A stretch of DNA of 58,180 nt from Candidatus Chazhemtobacterium aquaticus (GTDB taxonomy: Bacteria > Patescibacteriota > Microgenomatia > UBA1400 > Chazhemtobacteraceae). A program made the position numbers and the translations under genes. The first letter of the stretch is position 1. Each line of letters begins with the position of its first letter. Below, in pieces: positions 1 through 9,800 of the stretch. Location: NCBI RefSeq assembly GCF_009936135.1, contig NZ_CP047901.1, positions 1 through 58,180 on the forward strand, written 5' to 3'. The notes beneath the pieces are model-generated. The model had not been told where the DNA came from, did no database searches, and was given only the letters and a program-made list of their open reading frames with translations.

Positions 1-1
1 G

Positions 2-3000
2 AGTTTTGAGAGTAACCATCTCACTCTAAAGACCTACAACCAAGGTAATATCCTCTTAGATTCTGTCTTAACCCAGTTGTCTGGTGGTTTGTCTGTATCC
101 TCCTACGCCACCATCTCTTCATCTCTAGCTCTAGGTAACACCAATGCCTCAGCTGGCCCCGGACACCTTAACATGACTGGTAACCTTACCATGGGTGGCA
201 ACCTTAATCTGACCTCAGAAGCTCTACAAACCAACTCCACCACTAGAATAACCAACACCGGTAACCTAACCAACATTGGTACTACCCAGTTTAATGGTTT
301 GACATATACCTGGCCAGCCACCCACGAAACCTCTGGCTACGTCTTGAGCAACAACGGTTCCGGTACCTTAACCTGGGTAGACGCCAACTCAGCCGCTTCA
401 GGTAGCATCTACTGGACCCAAACCGGTGCAGCAGTTCATCCCAAGAACTCCACCGTTGACCTGCTTGTTGGTGGATCTGCTACCTCCTCTGCCAAGTTTG
501 CTGTCCTAAACATCAACTCTGGCACTCCCACAGCCAGCATCTCTGGCACCACCGCCAATGTCGCTACCTACCTAACGGGTCAAGGTAATCTTGCCACCAC
601 CAACATGGCCCCATTAACCATTGGCGGCTCTACTACTGGCAGCCTTACCCTTGATGAGAACACTACCATCACCGGTAATCTTGCTCTATCAGGCAACGAA
701 GCCGATCTCACCTTCTCTGGCACCGGCAACCACGACATCACTGCCTCAGCCGGTACCCTTCGCTTTGGTGCTGCCACCTTAACCGGTGCTATCACCGGCA
801 ACTCCCAAAACATCACCGGTCTAAACAATCTAACTGGTGTCACCTCCACTTTCTCTACCTCAATCACTACTCCTCTACTCACCAACGCTGGCAACCTCAC
901 CCTCTCCGCCACTGGTGCCAATAATATTCTCTTCTCCACCAACGGCACAGAAAGATGGCGCGTCACCAGCACTGGCATTCTTCAATCCAACGGTGCCCAA
1001 ACCATTCAAACCTCCAACGCCAACCTAACCCTCGCCACTGGCGGTGGCAATGGCCACATCGTTCTTACACCCAACGGTACCGGCAATGTTGGTGTCAATA
1101 ACGCCTCACCCGCCTACAAACTCGATGTCACTGGCGATATTAACTTCACCGGCGCTCTTCGAGCCAACGGCACTGCTGGCACCACTGGTCAAGTCCTTGT
1201 CTCTCAAGGATCAAGCAATCCTGTTTGGAGCGACATTTCAGGAGCAATTGGTGGCGATGCCTGGCTCCAGGGCGGCAACTCCTTTGGTGCTACCGGCATT
1301 CTTGGTACCAACGACAGCAACGACCTTCAATTTGAGACCAACAACACCACTCGCATGACCATAGACACCTCAGGTGATGTAGGAATTGGCACCACCAATC
1401 CTGGAGCCAAACTTGAAACCGCAGGTGCCATCTCCATAACCACCGGCTACGGGACCATCAGCTCCACTGACATTCGCAACCCTACCCTCGGCGGAAGAGG
1501 TACCTCACCCAATGCTGGTTCCCTAGCCTTCGGTGATAACACTGGCTGGAAATACCATATTGGCACCTCCGTTACTGGCACCTTCACCCCTAGAGTCACC
1601 TTCGTCGACTCAGGCAACGTCGGTATTGGTAACACCGCTCCAACCTCACTTCTCTCTGTAGGATCATCCTCCCAATTCCAAGTCGATTCCTCCGGACGTA
1701 TGGTTAGAATCGACGGAGTCGCCCACACCATTGATGATGTCTCTGGTAACTTAACTCTTACCAGCAACTCCACCACCATTTCCCTAAACGACAATGTCAC
1801 CTTCGCTGGCACCACTACCTTAAACGGCCTCACCTATACCTGGCCAGGATCACAAACCGCCAACTATGTCCTTTCTACCAATGGTTCAGGTACTCTAACC
1901 TGGGTCGCTGCCGATGCAGCTGCCGCCGGCAGTATCTACTGGACTCTTACCAATGAGCAACTTCATCCCAAAAACGCTTCCTGGCACGATCTTATGATCG
2001 GCGGCACCTCCACTGCTTCCGCCAAGTTCTTCGCCCAAGCCAACACTGGTGACGGATATTTCTCAGGTGAACTCGGTCTTGGTACTACTACTCCCACCGC
2101 CAAGCTCGACATCCAAGCCACTCCATCTGTTTACACTAGCGAGGTTGGTAACATCAGAATCAGCAACGCCAGCGACACCACCGAAAAACTCTACCTAGGC
2201 TTCGACAACAACCTCGGCACCTATGGTTCTGGATATATTCAATCCTCTAAAACCGGTACCACCTGGCTTCCCACCCTTATCAACCCCAACGGTGGCTATG
2301 TTGGCATCAACAACACCAGCCCATCCCGAGCTCTCCACGTCGAAGACGACAGTGGCATCTACGTTGGAGATGGAACTAAAAATATCCAGATCTTCACCTC
2401 AGGTACTGACAACGACATCTCCTCATCTCACACTCTTCACCTTAACTACAACAACAACCAAGCTGTTTCTGTCGGCGAAGGTGGTACCAGCAACCTTTAC
2501 GTCTCCGGCAGTGTTGGTATTGGCAATACCTCACCTACCTCCCTTTTCTCTGTTGGCTCCTCATCCCAATTCCAAGTCAACTCCTCAGGTAACATCGTTA
2601 ACCTCGGTGGTGCAGCCCACTCCATCAGTAATGCTTCCGGAAATCTCACCATCAACTCCGCTGGCACCCTCGTTTTAGCTGACACCAACATCCAACTCTC
2701 TGGTGGCTCCACCACCTTTGATGTATACAATAACGCTGCCGACACCACCCTCACTATCAACAACTCAAGTGCTACCTACCGCTCCCACCTTTCCTTAGAG
2801 GGCCAACTTAAACTCGGTACCTACACCGCCACTCCATCAGGTATCGCTGCTGGTGCCGTTTACTACGACACCACTCTTGACCGTCCCTACTACTTCAACG
2901 GTCTAGGCAACTGGGTTCCTTTCAGTGCCGGTGAAGGTGGAGGCGGATCAAAATGGACTATCACCGATGGATCACTTCACCCCAACAACTCAACTCTAGA

Positions 3001-6000
3001 TCTCACCATTGGTGGCTCCTCCACCAGCTCCGCTGCTTTCGCCTTCACTGGTATCTCATCCTCCACCAGAACCGCCACCATCTCAGGTAACTTAGCCCTC
3101 TCTGTTCCTACCGGATCCGCTCCCACCACCTCACTTAATATCCTTAACGGTGGCAGCTTCAATATCAAAACCTCTGTTGGTGGAGATGCTGGCCTCGCTT
3201 CCCGCCTCTTCATCAGTAACGATGGCAAAGTCGGTATTGGTACTACTTCCCCCCTGAGCGAACTTCACATCCCCAACGGCACCATCCGCACCGACGGCTT
3301 TGTCAGCGAAAGCGACTGGGGCAGCTTTGGTTTCAATATGTATTGGGACAATACTCAATCACAATGGGAATACGCCAGTAACGGTTACGCCTCCCTTATC
3401 CAACAAGACGGCACCAATGGTGGTCTCTACATTGCCACCGCCACCAGTGGCACCGCCGGCAATCTAGCCAGCTGGTCCAAAGCCCTTACTATCGACGTCG
3501 ACGGTAATGTCGGCATCGGCACCGATACACCTCAGGCCAAACTCGACATTGCCGGTGCTTCCTCCACCATCACCAACACCTCAGGTGACATCACCATCAA
3601 CTCAGCCTCTGGCAAAATCTCCTTTGCTGGTGACTCACTCAACAACTTCCTCCACGCCACTGCCTCAGGCCAGATCAAACCCGGTTCATATGGCAGCAAC
3701 CCCTACCCCATTGGTGACGGTGCCATCATCTACCGCTCCGACTTAAACCAACTCTACTACTATAACGGCACCTCCTGGCAATCCATGGGCTCCGGCTCTG
3801 GCTACTGGGACGTCTTCAGCGGTCTTCTCTTCCCCTCCAACTACTCCACCTACGATCTAGCTGTTGGTGGCAACACCACCGCCTCAGCCAAATTTTTTGT
3901 CAACCACTCCACCGGAGCCATCAAGATCGCTGACTCTGCCGGTACCGATTTCCATACCATTGCCAACGATGGTAACAACCTCAAGATCACCGGCAGCAGC
4001 AACGGTTCCAAAGTCATCCTCCAACCCGATCTCCAGATCAATGGTGGCGATATCCTGGGCTCATCAGGCTCCACCAGAATCTCTCTTGTGGATACTCTAA
4101 GCCTCACCTCAGTCTCTGGTTTCCTCGCCATTGATCGAGCTGCTACCATCTCCGCGGGTCTAGCTAGCGACCTTACTCTCCACCTCAAAGGTGCCGCCAG
4201 TCAAACCGCCAACTATATGGCCATCACCAGCAATGGTGGTTCCACTGGTAATATCTTTGCAGTTGATAGCTCAGGTAATGTCGGTATAGGCAGAACCTCC
4301 CCCAGTGCCAAACTCGATGTAGCCGGCTCCGCCACTATTTCAGGCACCTTAGCCGTTGGTGTCATGAACCAAGCCGATGCCGGCACCTGTAATGCTGCCG
4401 CCGAAGGTCGCATCTTCTACGACAAAGGAGTCCGCCTTTACAAAGCCTGCACCTACAACTCAGACGACTCATCCTACGCCTGGCGCCCCTTAGGTGGTCT
4501 CTCCGATCAACACCGTCGAGACATTTCCACCGATTCCGTTGTCAACAACCAAGTCATCCGTAAAGGTTGGACCTATTCACAAGGTGCCGCAGTCAACCAA
4601 CAAGCCACCGTTTCCTACGGCATTACCTTCGATGATGTTCCCATCGTAGTTGCCGCCCGCGCCGGTAACAAAACCGCCGCTCCTGCTCCCACCAGCCTTA
4701 GCGATTGTACCTCCAGCACCTACTACATCGAAAAAGGTGTTTCCATGAAAAACATCAGCACCACTGGCTTCCAAATCGAAGTCGGCAGCAGCACTGGAGC
4801 TTACGACACTAGCGACTATGTCTGTTTCACCTGGATCGCCATCGGTTCCTACTCATCAGGTTACGGTGCTGACCTAGCTGAGTACTATCTCACCCACGAT
4901 GCCAGCCTTGATGCTGCTGAAATCGTTGCTATCGACCCCGACAACGACATCGCCGTCACCAAAGCCGATCCCACCACCAACCCCGCCGTTATCGGTATCG
5001 TCTCCACCCAAGCCGGAGCCATCCTTGGTAACAAAGACGGTACTACTCCAGGTGTTGAAACCTCCATTACCGGTCAAGAGGTTGAAAACGGCAGCAAAAC
5101 TGTCCCTGTCGCTCTCGCCGGCCGAGTTCCTGTTAAAGTCAGCCTTGAGAACGGCCCCATCTACCGCGGTGACGCCCTTACTCTCTCACCCACTCTTCCT
5201 GGTACCGCCGTCAAAGCCACCACTCCCGGCCCCATCATCGGTAGAGCTTTGGAAAACTTCACCGGCACTGCCACTATCGTCGACTCCCTAGATCCAGATC
5301 AAGTTAACAATGAACAGCAGCTTGAGCAGGAAGCCTTCAACGACCTTAACCAGGGCATCGGTAAGATCATGGTCTTCATTCAAAACTCCTACTACTCTCC
5401 TGTCATGACTGCTTCCTCTGCCACTTCCTCAGCCACCATAGCCTTTGATCATCAAGGCAATCTCATCAACCCCAACGATGACCTAACAGCTCAAGCTCAA
5501 GCCTCCACCCAAACCGATTTCTCCTTCTTTGATCGCTTCATCTCCCTCATCGTCAAGAACCTAACTGCCCTAAACATCACCAGCCGCTCTATCACCACCC
5601 AAGAACTCGTCTCCCCTCTAGTTGATGCCGACCAAATTACCACCAATACTCTCACCACTAACCTCATCAAGCCTCAATCAGACTCTGACCTGATCCTCTC
5701 GCTCAATAACCAATCCGCTACCACTCCAGCCCAGCTTCTCATCACCGACAGTCAGGACAATACCGTCACCAGCATCGACTCCTCTGGTAACGCTACCTTC
5801 TCAGGAGAGCTAGTTGCCAACTCTGCCAAATTTGACTCCCTCGAGGTAGGCAACCTTAAAGCCAACCAGATTGAAGGCCTAACCGACACCCTCTCCCAGA
5901 TCAAATCAGCCTCGGAAGCAGCCCAGCTTTTCTTAGATCGCCTCACCGCCAAGCACTCTCTTCAGGACGAGTCGCTTAACGCCACTGCTCAACAACTCAT

Positions 6001-6829
6001 CTCTACTAGTAGCAGTCAGCTCATCTCTACCCTAGAAGACAACTTCACTCTTGACAGTGATGGCACCCACCTAGCTCTTACCGGCCTCTCCTCCGACTAC
6101 GCCTACTTCAGTGACTACCTTGCTGTTGAAGGTACCTTAATGACCAACGATCTCTACGTCGAAAACAACCTCATCACCTCCTCCATCTCAAGTCCTCTGG
6201 ATGCTGATGATCAAACCCTCTACCTCCAACCCACTGGTACCGGCGCCATCAACCTTCTATCAGGTCTCCTTATTCTTGATGAATCAGGTACTGTTTCCTT
6301 AAATGGCAACCTCATTGTTACAGGTACTCTCGAATCAGGCTCCGCCACTATCTCCGGCACTCTTGATCTGAGGGCTACCAACCTCGACAACAGCGGAGAA
6401 GCTACTCACTCCGGCTTTGGTCGCCTCCTCTCCATCTACAATGAGCAAGGTGAGCAAGTTGCCAGTGTTAACGCCTCTGGCTCAGCCCAGTTTAACGACC
6501 TCACCACTCGCCAAATCATCATCGCCGCTTCCCAAGACTCCACCCCATCAGCCAGTCAACTCTCCACCAACAGCAACACAACTATTGGCACTGCCACCAT
6601 CCCCGCCGGTGAACTCACCACCTACATCGAAAACAACAATATTTCAGACACTACCCTCATCTACATAACCCCCATCTCCGACACCAAAAACCAAGTCCTT
6701 TATGTTAAAAATAAGTATAGCTGTCCGGTTGATGCTCCTCTCTCCTGCCAACCCTTCTTCACTGTTGCCATCAACCAACCCACCACACAAGACATCCAAT
6801 TTAACTACTGGCTCATCCAGACTCAATAA
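2..6829 (+). CDS. Giant repeat-rich surface protein, tail-fibre-like; 5' end lies outside the window
   Basis: Frame 2 is open from nt 2 to TAA at 6827-6829. Codons 2-76 read SFESNHLTLKTYNQGNILLDSVLTQ without a stop, so the TTG at 77 in the ORF track is an artefact. The protein is T/S/N/G-rich with many copies of the fibre-type motif VGIG(T/N)T(S/N)PxAKLD(V/I). Larger diverged repeats are (F/L)NGLTYTWP..GSGTLTWV..GSIYWT..HPKN at nt 290-520 and 1821-2050, and VGIGNT(A/S)PTSL(L/F)SVGSSSQFQV at nt ~1618 and ~2512. An ADLAEYY...PVALAGRVPVKV module lies at 4864-5262. Confidence 0.85.
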   Translation, partial: SFESNHLTLKTYNQGNILLDSVLTQLSGGLSVSSYATISSSLALGNTNASAGPGHLNMTGNLTMGGNLNLTSEALQTNSTTRITNTGNLTNIGTTQFNGLTYTWPATHETSGYVLSNNGSGTLTWVDANSAASGSIYWTQTGAAVHPKNSTVDLLVGGSATSSAKFAVLNINSGTPTASISGTTANVATYLTGQGNLATTNMAPLTIGGSTTGSLTLDENTTITGNLALSGNEADLTFSGTGNHDITASAGTLRFGAATLTGAITGNSQNITGLNNLTGVTSTFSTSITTPLLTNAGNLTLSATGANNILFSTNGTERWRVTSTGILQSNGAQTIQTSNANLTLATGGGNGHIVLTPNGTGNVGVNNASPAYKLDVTGDINFTGALRANGTAGTTGQVLVSQGSSNPVWSDISGAIGGDAWLQGGNSFGATGILGTNDSNDLQFETNNTTRMTIDTSGDVGIGTTNPGAKLETAGAISITTGYGTISSTDIRNPTLGGRGTSPNAGSLAFGDNTGWKYHIGTSVTGTFTPRVTFVDSGNVGIGNTAPTSLLSVGSSSQFQVDSSGRMVRIDGVAHTIDDVSGNLTLTSNSTTISLNDNVTFAGTTTLNGLTYTWPGSQTANYVLSTNGSGTLTWVAADAAAAGSIYWTLTNEQLHPKNASWHDLMIGGTSTASAKFFAQANTGDGYFSGELGLGTTTPTAKLDIQATPSVYTSEVGNIRISNASDTTEKLYLGFDNNLGTYGSGYIQSSKTGTTWLPTLINPNGGYVGINNTSPSRALHVEDDSGIYVGDGTKNIQIFTSGTDNDISSSHTLHLNYNNNQAVSVGEGGTSNLYVSGSVGIGNTSPTSLFSVGSSSQFQVNSSGNIVNLGGAAHSISNASGNLTINSAGTLVLADTNIQLSGGSTTFDVYNNAADTTLTINNSSATYRSHLSLEGQLKLGTYTATPSGIAAGAVYYDTTLDRPYYFNGLGNWVPFSAGEGGGGSKWTITDGSLHPNNSTLDLTIGGSSTSSAAFAFTGISSSTRTATISGNLALSVPTGSAPTTSLNILNGGSFNIKTSVGGDAGLASRLFISNDGKVGIGTTSPLSELHIPNGTIRTDGFVSESDWGSFGFNMYWDNTQSQWEYASNGYASLIQQDGTNGGLYIATATSGTAGNLASWSKALTIDVDGNVGIGTDTPQAKLDIAGASSTITNTSGDITINSASGKISFAGDSLNNFLHATASGQIKPGSYGSNPYPIGDGAIIYRSDLNQLYYYNGTSWQSMGSGSGYWDVFSGLLFPSNYSTYDLAVGGNTTASAKFFVNHSTGAIKIADSAGTDFHTIANDGNNLKITGSSNGSKVILQPDLQINGGDILGSSGSTRISLVDTLSLTSVSGFLAIDRAATISAGLASDLTLHLKGAASQTANYMAITSNGGSTGNIFAVDSSGNVGIGRTSPSAKLDVAGSATISGTLAVGVMNQADAGTCNAAAEGRIFYDKGVRLYKACTYNSDDSSYAWRPLGGLSDQHRRDISTDSVVNNQVIRKGWTYSQGAAVNQQATVSYGITFDDVPIVVAARAGNKTAAPAPTSLSDCTSSTYYIEKGVSMKNISTTGFQIEVGSSTGAYDTSDYVCFTWIAIGSYSSGYGADLAEYYLTHDASLDAAEIVAIDPDNDIAVTKADPTTNPAVIGIVSTQAGAILGNKDGTTPGVETSITGQEVENGSKTVPVALAGRVPVKVSLENGPIYRGDALTLSPTLPGTAVKATTPGPIIGRALENFTGTATIVDSLDPDQVNNEQQLEQEAFNDLNQGIGKIMVFIQNSYYSPVMTASSATSSATIAFDHQGNLINPNDDLTAQAQASTQTDFSFFDRFISLIVKNLTALNITSRSITTQELVSPLVDADQITTNTLTTNLIKPQSDSDLILSLNNQSATTPAQLLITDSQDNTVTSIDSSGNATFSGELVANSAKFDSLEVGNLKANQIEGLTDTLSQIKSASEAAQLFLDRLTAKHSLQDESLNATAQQLISTSSSQLISTLEDNFTLDSDGTHLALTGLSSDYAYFSDYLAVEGTLMTNDLYVENNLITSSISSPLDADDQTLYLQPTGTGAINLLSGLLILDESGTVSLNGNLIVTGTLESGSATISGTLDLRATNLDNSGEATHSGFGRLLSIYNEQGEQVASVNASGSAQFNDLTTRQIIIAASQDSTPSASQLSTNSNTTIGTATIPAGELTTYIENNNISDTTLIYITPISDTKNQVLYVKNKYSCPVDAPLSCQPFFTVAINQPTTQDIQFNYWLIQTQ

Positions 6830-6832
6830 TCT

Positions 6833-9800
6833 ATGGCGCTCAACCTAAAACCCACCATCTTAAAAATCTCCTCTTGCACAAAACACGCTCTCTTAAAAGT
6901 TCCACCCCTAATCAGACAAGTCCGTCCCACCATCACCACTCACTATCGCCGATTTAAAAGAAATCCTCGCCACTACTTACTTACCCACCGTCGCCAAACC
7001 TTAATTGCTACCTCTCTCCTTCTCCTCTTTCTCTTTGGTCTAATTAACTCAAGCCTTACTTTCTTAAGCAACCTCCCCCCTCAAGCACCACCCTTCACCA
7101 CCCCTCTCGTCTCTGATTACTACATTCATGCCGAAAACCAAGTCTTTTCAGCCAGGCTTGGTAACAAAGATACCAAGTCTCCCTCAGTCAATTTCCGCGT
7201 TAACAACCAAGACATCACTTTTTCCCTAAAAGACGCCAACCCCTCCAAGCCTAAGAAAAAAGGCCAATCTCTCATCTTCGAAAACGTGGCTGACCATCTC
7301 AATATCTCCTATCAAACCCTACCAAACGGTATCAAAGAAGAACTAATCCTTACCAAACTACCAACTACTAATACTTTCCACTTCACCCTCGACTACTCCA
7401 ATCTTAATAGTCCTAAAGTTCTAAACAACATCAATGCCCCAGTTTTTTACGACCAACAAGGCAACTATCTCTTCCACTTTGAAAAACCCTTCGCTTACGA
7501 CTCAGCCGGCAACAGATCCGATGACGCCAGCCTCATCATCAAAATCGACCCAGATACTAACAAATATATAGCCCAACTTTCTGTCTCTCAAACCTGGCTC
7601 TCCTCCCCCGACCGTGTCTACCCCGTTTACATCGACCCCACCATTGTTCACGACAACTCCTCAGAATTCTCCGGCACTATGAATCGCACCCACGACGCCG
7701 GATCAGGCTCAGCACCAATAATCGAAAACTATTATCTTGAAAACACAACCGACGCAAGTACCGTCGGACTATGGCACATGAACGACATTTCCGGGTCAAC
7801 AATCACAGACTCAAGCGGACAAAACAATAACGGTACTGCCACAGGAACCACCATCACAACTGGATTGCTCGACAACGCTAGGAGTTTTAATGGGAGCAGT
7901 GATTACGCTGTAGTTCCAAATAATAAAAGCCTCGAACCGCCCACTAGTATCACCTTCGAGTCGTGGATAAAAATAGAAGGTGATGGTAGCCATTCTGACG
8001 GCGTCTATATCCTAACCAAGGGACAGCACAGCGCTCAACCATATTTTTCATACTCACTCGGTTATTACGCGGCATCAGATTTAATCGGGTGTAACATTGC
8101 CATCAGCGGAACATACAGGCAAGTTACGTCACAATCAACTTTTACATCCTCAAGCCCGTGGACACACGTAGCGTGCACTTACGACGGAAACGAAATCGCC
8201 ATCTATATAAACGGTATAAAAGAAAATAGTGCTGCATACTCAGGATCAATCAACTACGGCCTTAACACCAGTAATGATCTTAGAATTGGTGACTGGGGAT
8301 ATTCCACATATACAAGGAGATTCCAGGGAAAAGTCGATGAAGTCCGCATCTCAAACACCGCTCGAACTCCTGAAGAAATCTGGGCATCCGCTCAAAAAAA
8401 ACCATCAAGTACATATACCTCCCCTGTTATTGACCTAACCAACGCTACCAGCTTTAACTCACTTTCATGGTCCGGAACAGGTATCCCCACCGGAGATGGT
8501 GAAACCGCCAGTAGCAGTTCTGGTCTGGTTGCCCAATGGAACTTTAACGAAACCTCCGGTACCACCGCCAGTGTCGCCACCGGTTCTTGTGGTTCTACCT
8601 GTAACGGTACACTCACCAACTTTTCCAACACCTCTAGTCAAGACGCCCTCGCTAACTCTGGCTGGACAGCCATCCATAACCGCTGGGGTACTGGTGCTAT
8701 CAACCTTGACGGCACTGACGACTATATCTCCGTCACACAAAATGCCAGCATTAACTTTAATCAAACTAGTCCATTCACCATTGAAGCGTGGGTAAAACCA
8801 ATAGGATCAGGATATATAGCCAACAAACAACAAAATGTAACCAACGAATTTGTTTGGAGTCTTGATTACAACTCCTCAACAAATAAATTCGCATTTTCAC
8901 TCTCGAAACAAAATGTTTCCGGCCTTACTGCCACATCAGCAGAGTCATTTTTACCCGGAAAATGGTATCACGTTGTTGGTGTTAGTAATGGAACAGACTT
9001 TTATATCTACGTAAACGGCCGACAACAAGCCAGCACCAACATTAGCTTCACAGGTGCTACCCAATCTCTTGCAACTCTCTATTTTGGTCAGTTATATAAC
9101 AACACTAATCGATTAAAAGGAACCATCGACACCATTCGTATATACTCCAGAGCTCTTACAGCCGGTGAAATCCTCAGCAACTACAACCACACCCAACTCC
9201 AATTCCAAACCAGAACCAGCACTGACTCTGCCTCCTGGGAAGCCTGGAAAACCACCAGCAACGATACTCAAATATACTCCTTTGACGACACTACTCTTTT
9301 TAACCCCTCCCAGTCAGGCCTAATTGGCTACTGGCCTTTTAATGAAACCAGTGACAACTCCTGTCCAGGTGGTGAAGACGCCTGTGACGCTACCAGCAAC
9401 TCCAATGACGGCACTGCCACCGGAACCAACATTGTTGATGGTGTTTTCGGTAAAGCCCGTCGTTTCAGCAGTTCAACCATTAACGCCGGTAACGTCTCCC
9501 CCTTAAGCTTTCTTGAATACAACAGCAACATGACCTTCAGTGCCTGGATCAAAACCGGTACCGACCAGTCCGGCACCATTCTCTCCAAACAAGAATCGTC
9601 AGGCAACTACCGTGGCTACAACCTCCAAACTGGCAGCGGTGGATACATATATTTCCAACTCGTCAACATCTACTCCACCAATACTCTCGAGGTCAGATCG
9701 ACAAACAATCTTAATTTCTACGACAACCAATGGCACTTAGTTACTGCCACCTACGACGGCTCCGCCACGCCGGCAGGAGTCAAGATCTACTTCGACGGTA

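Noticed and set aside
290-2710. The diverged internal repeats of the first giant gene as a diversity-generating retroelement TR/VR pair.
   Set aside because: No reverse transcriptase ORF is present in the window. Differences between copies are not confined to adenine positions, and the copies are in-frame protein repeats with roughly 75% nucleotide identity by eye.
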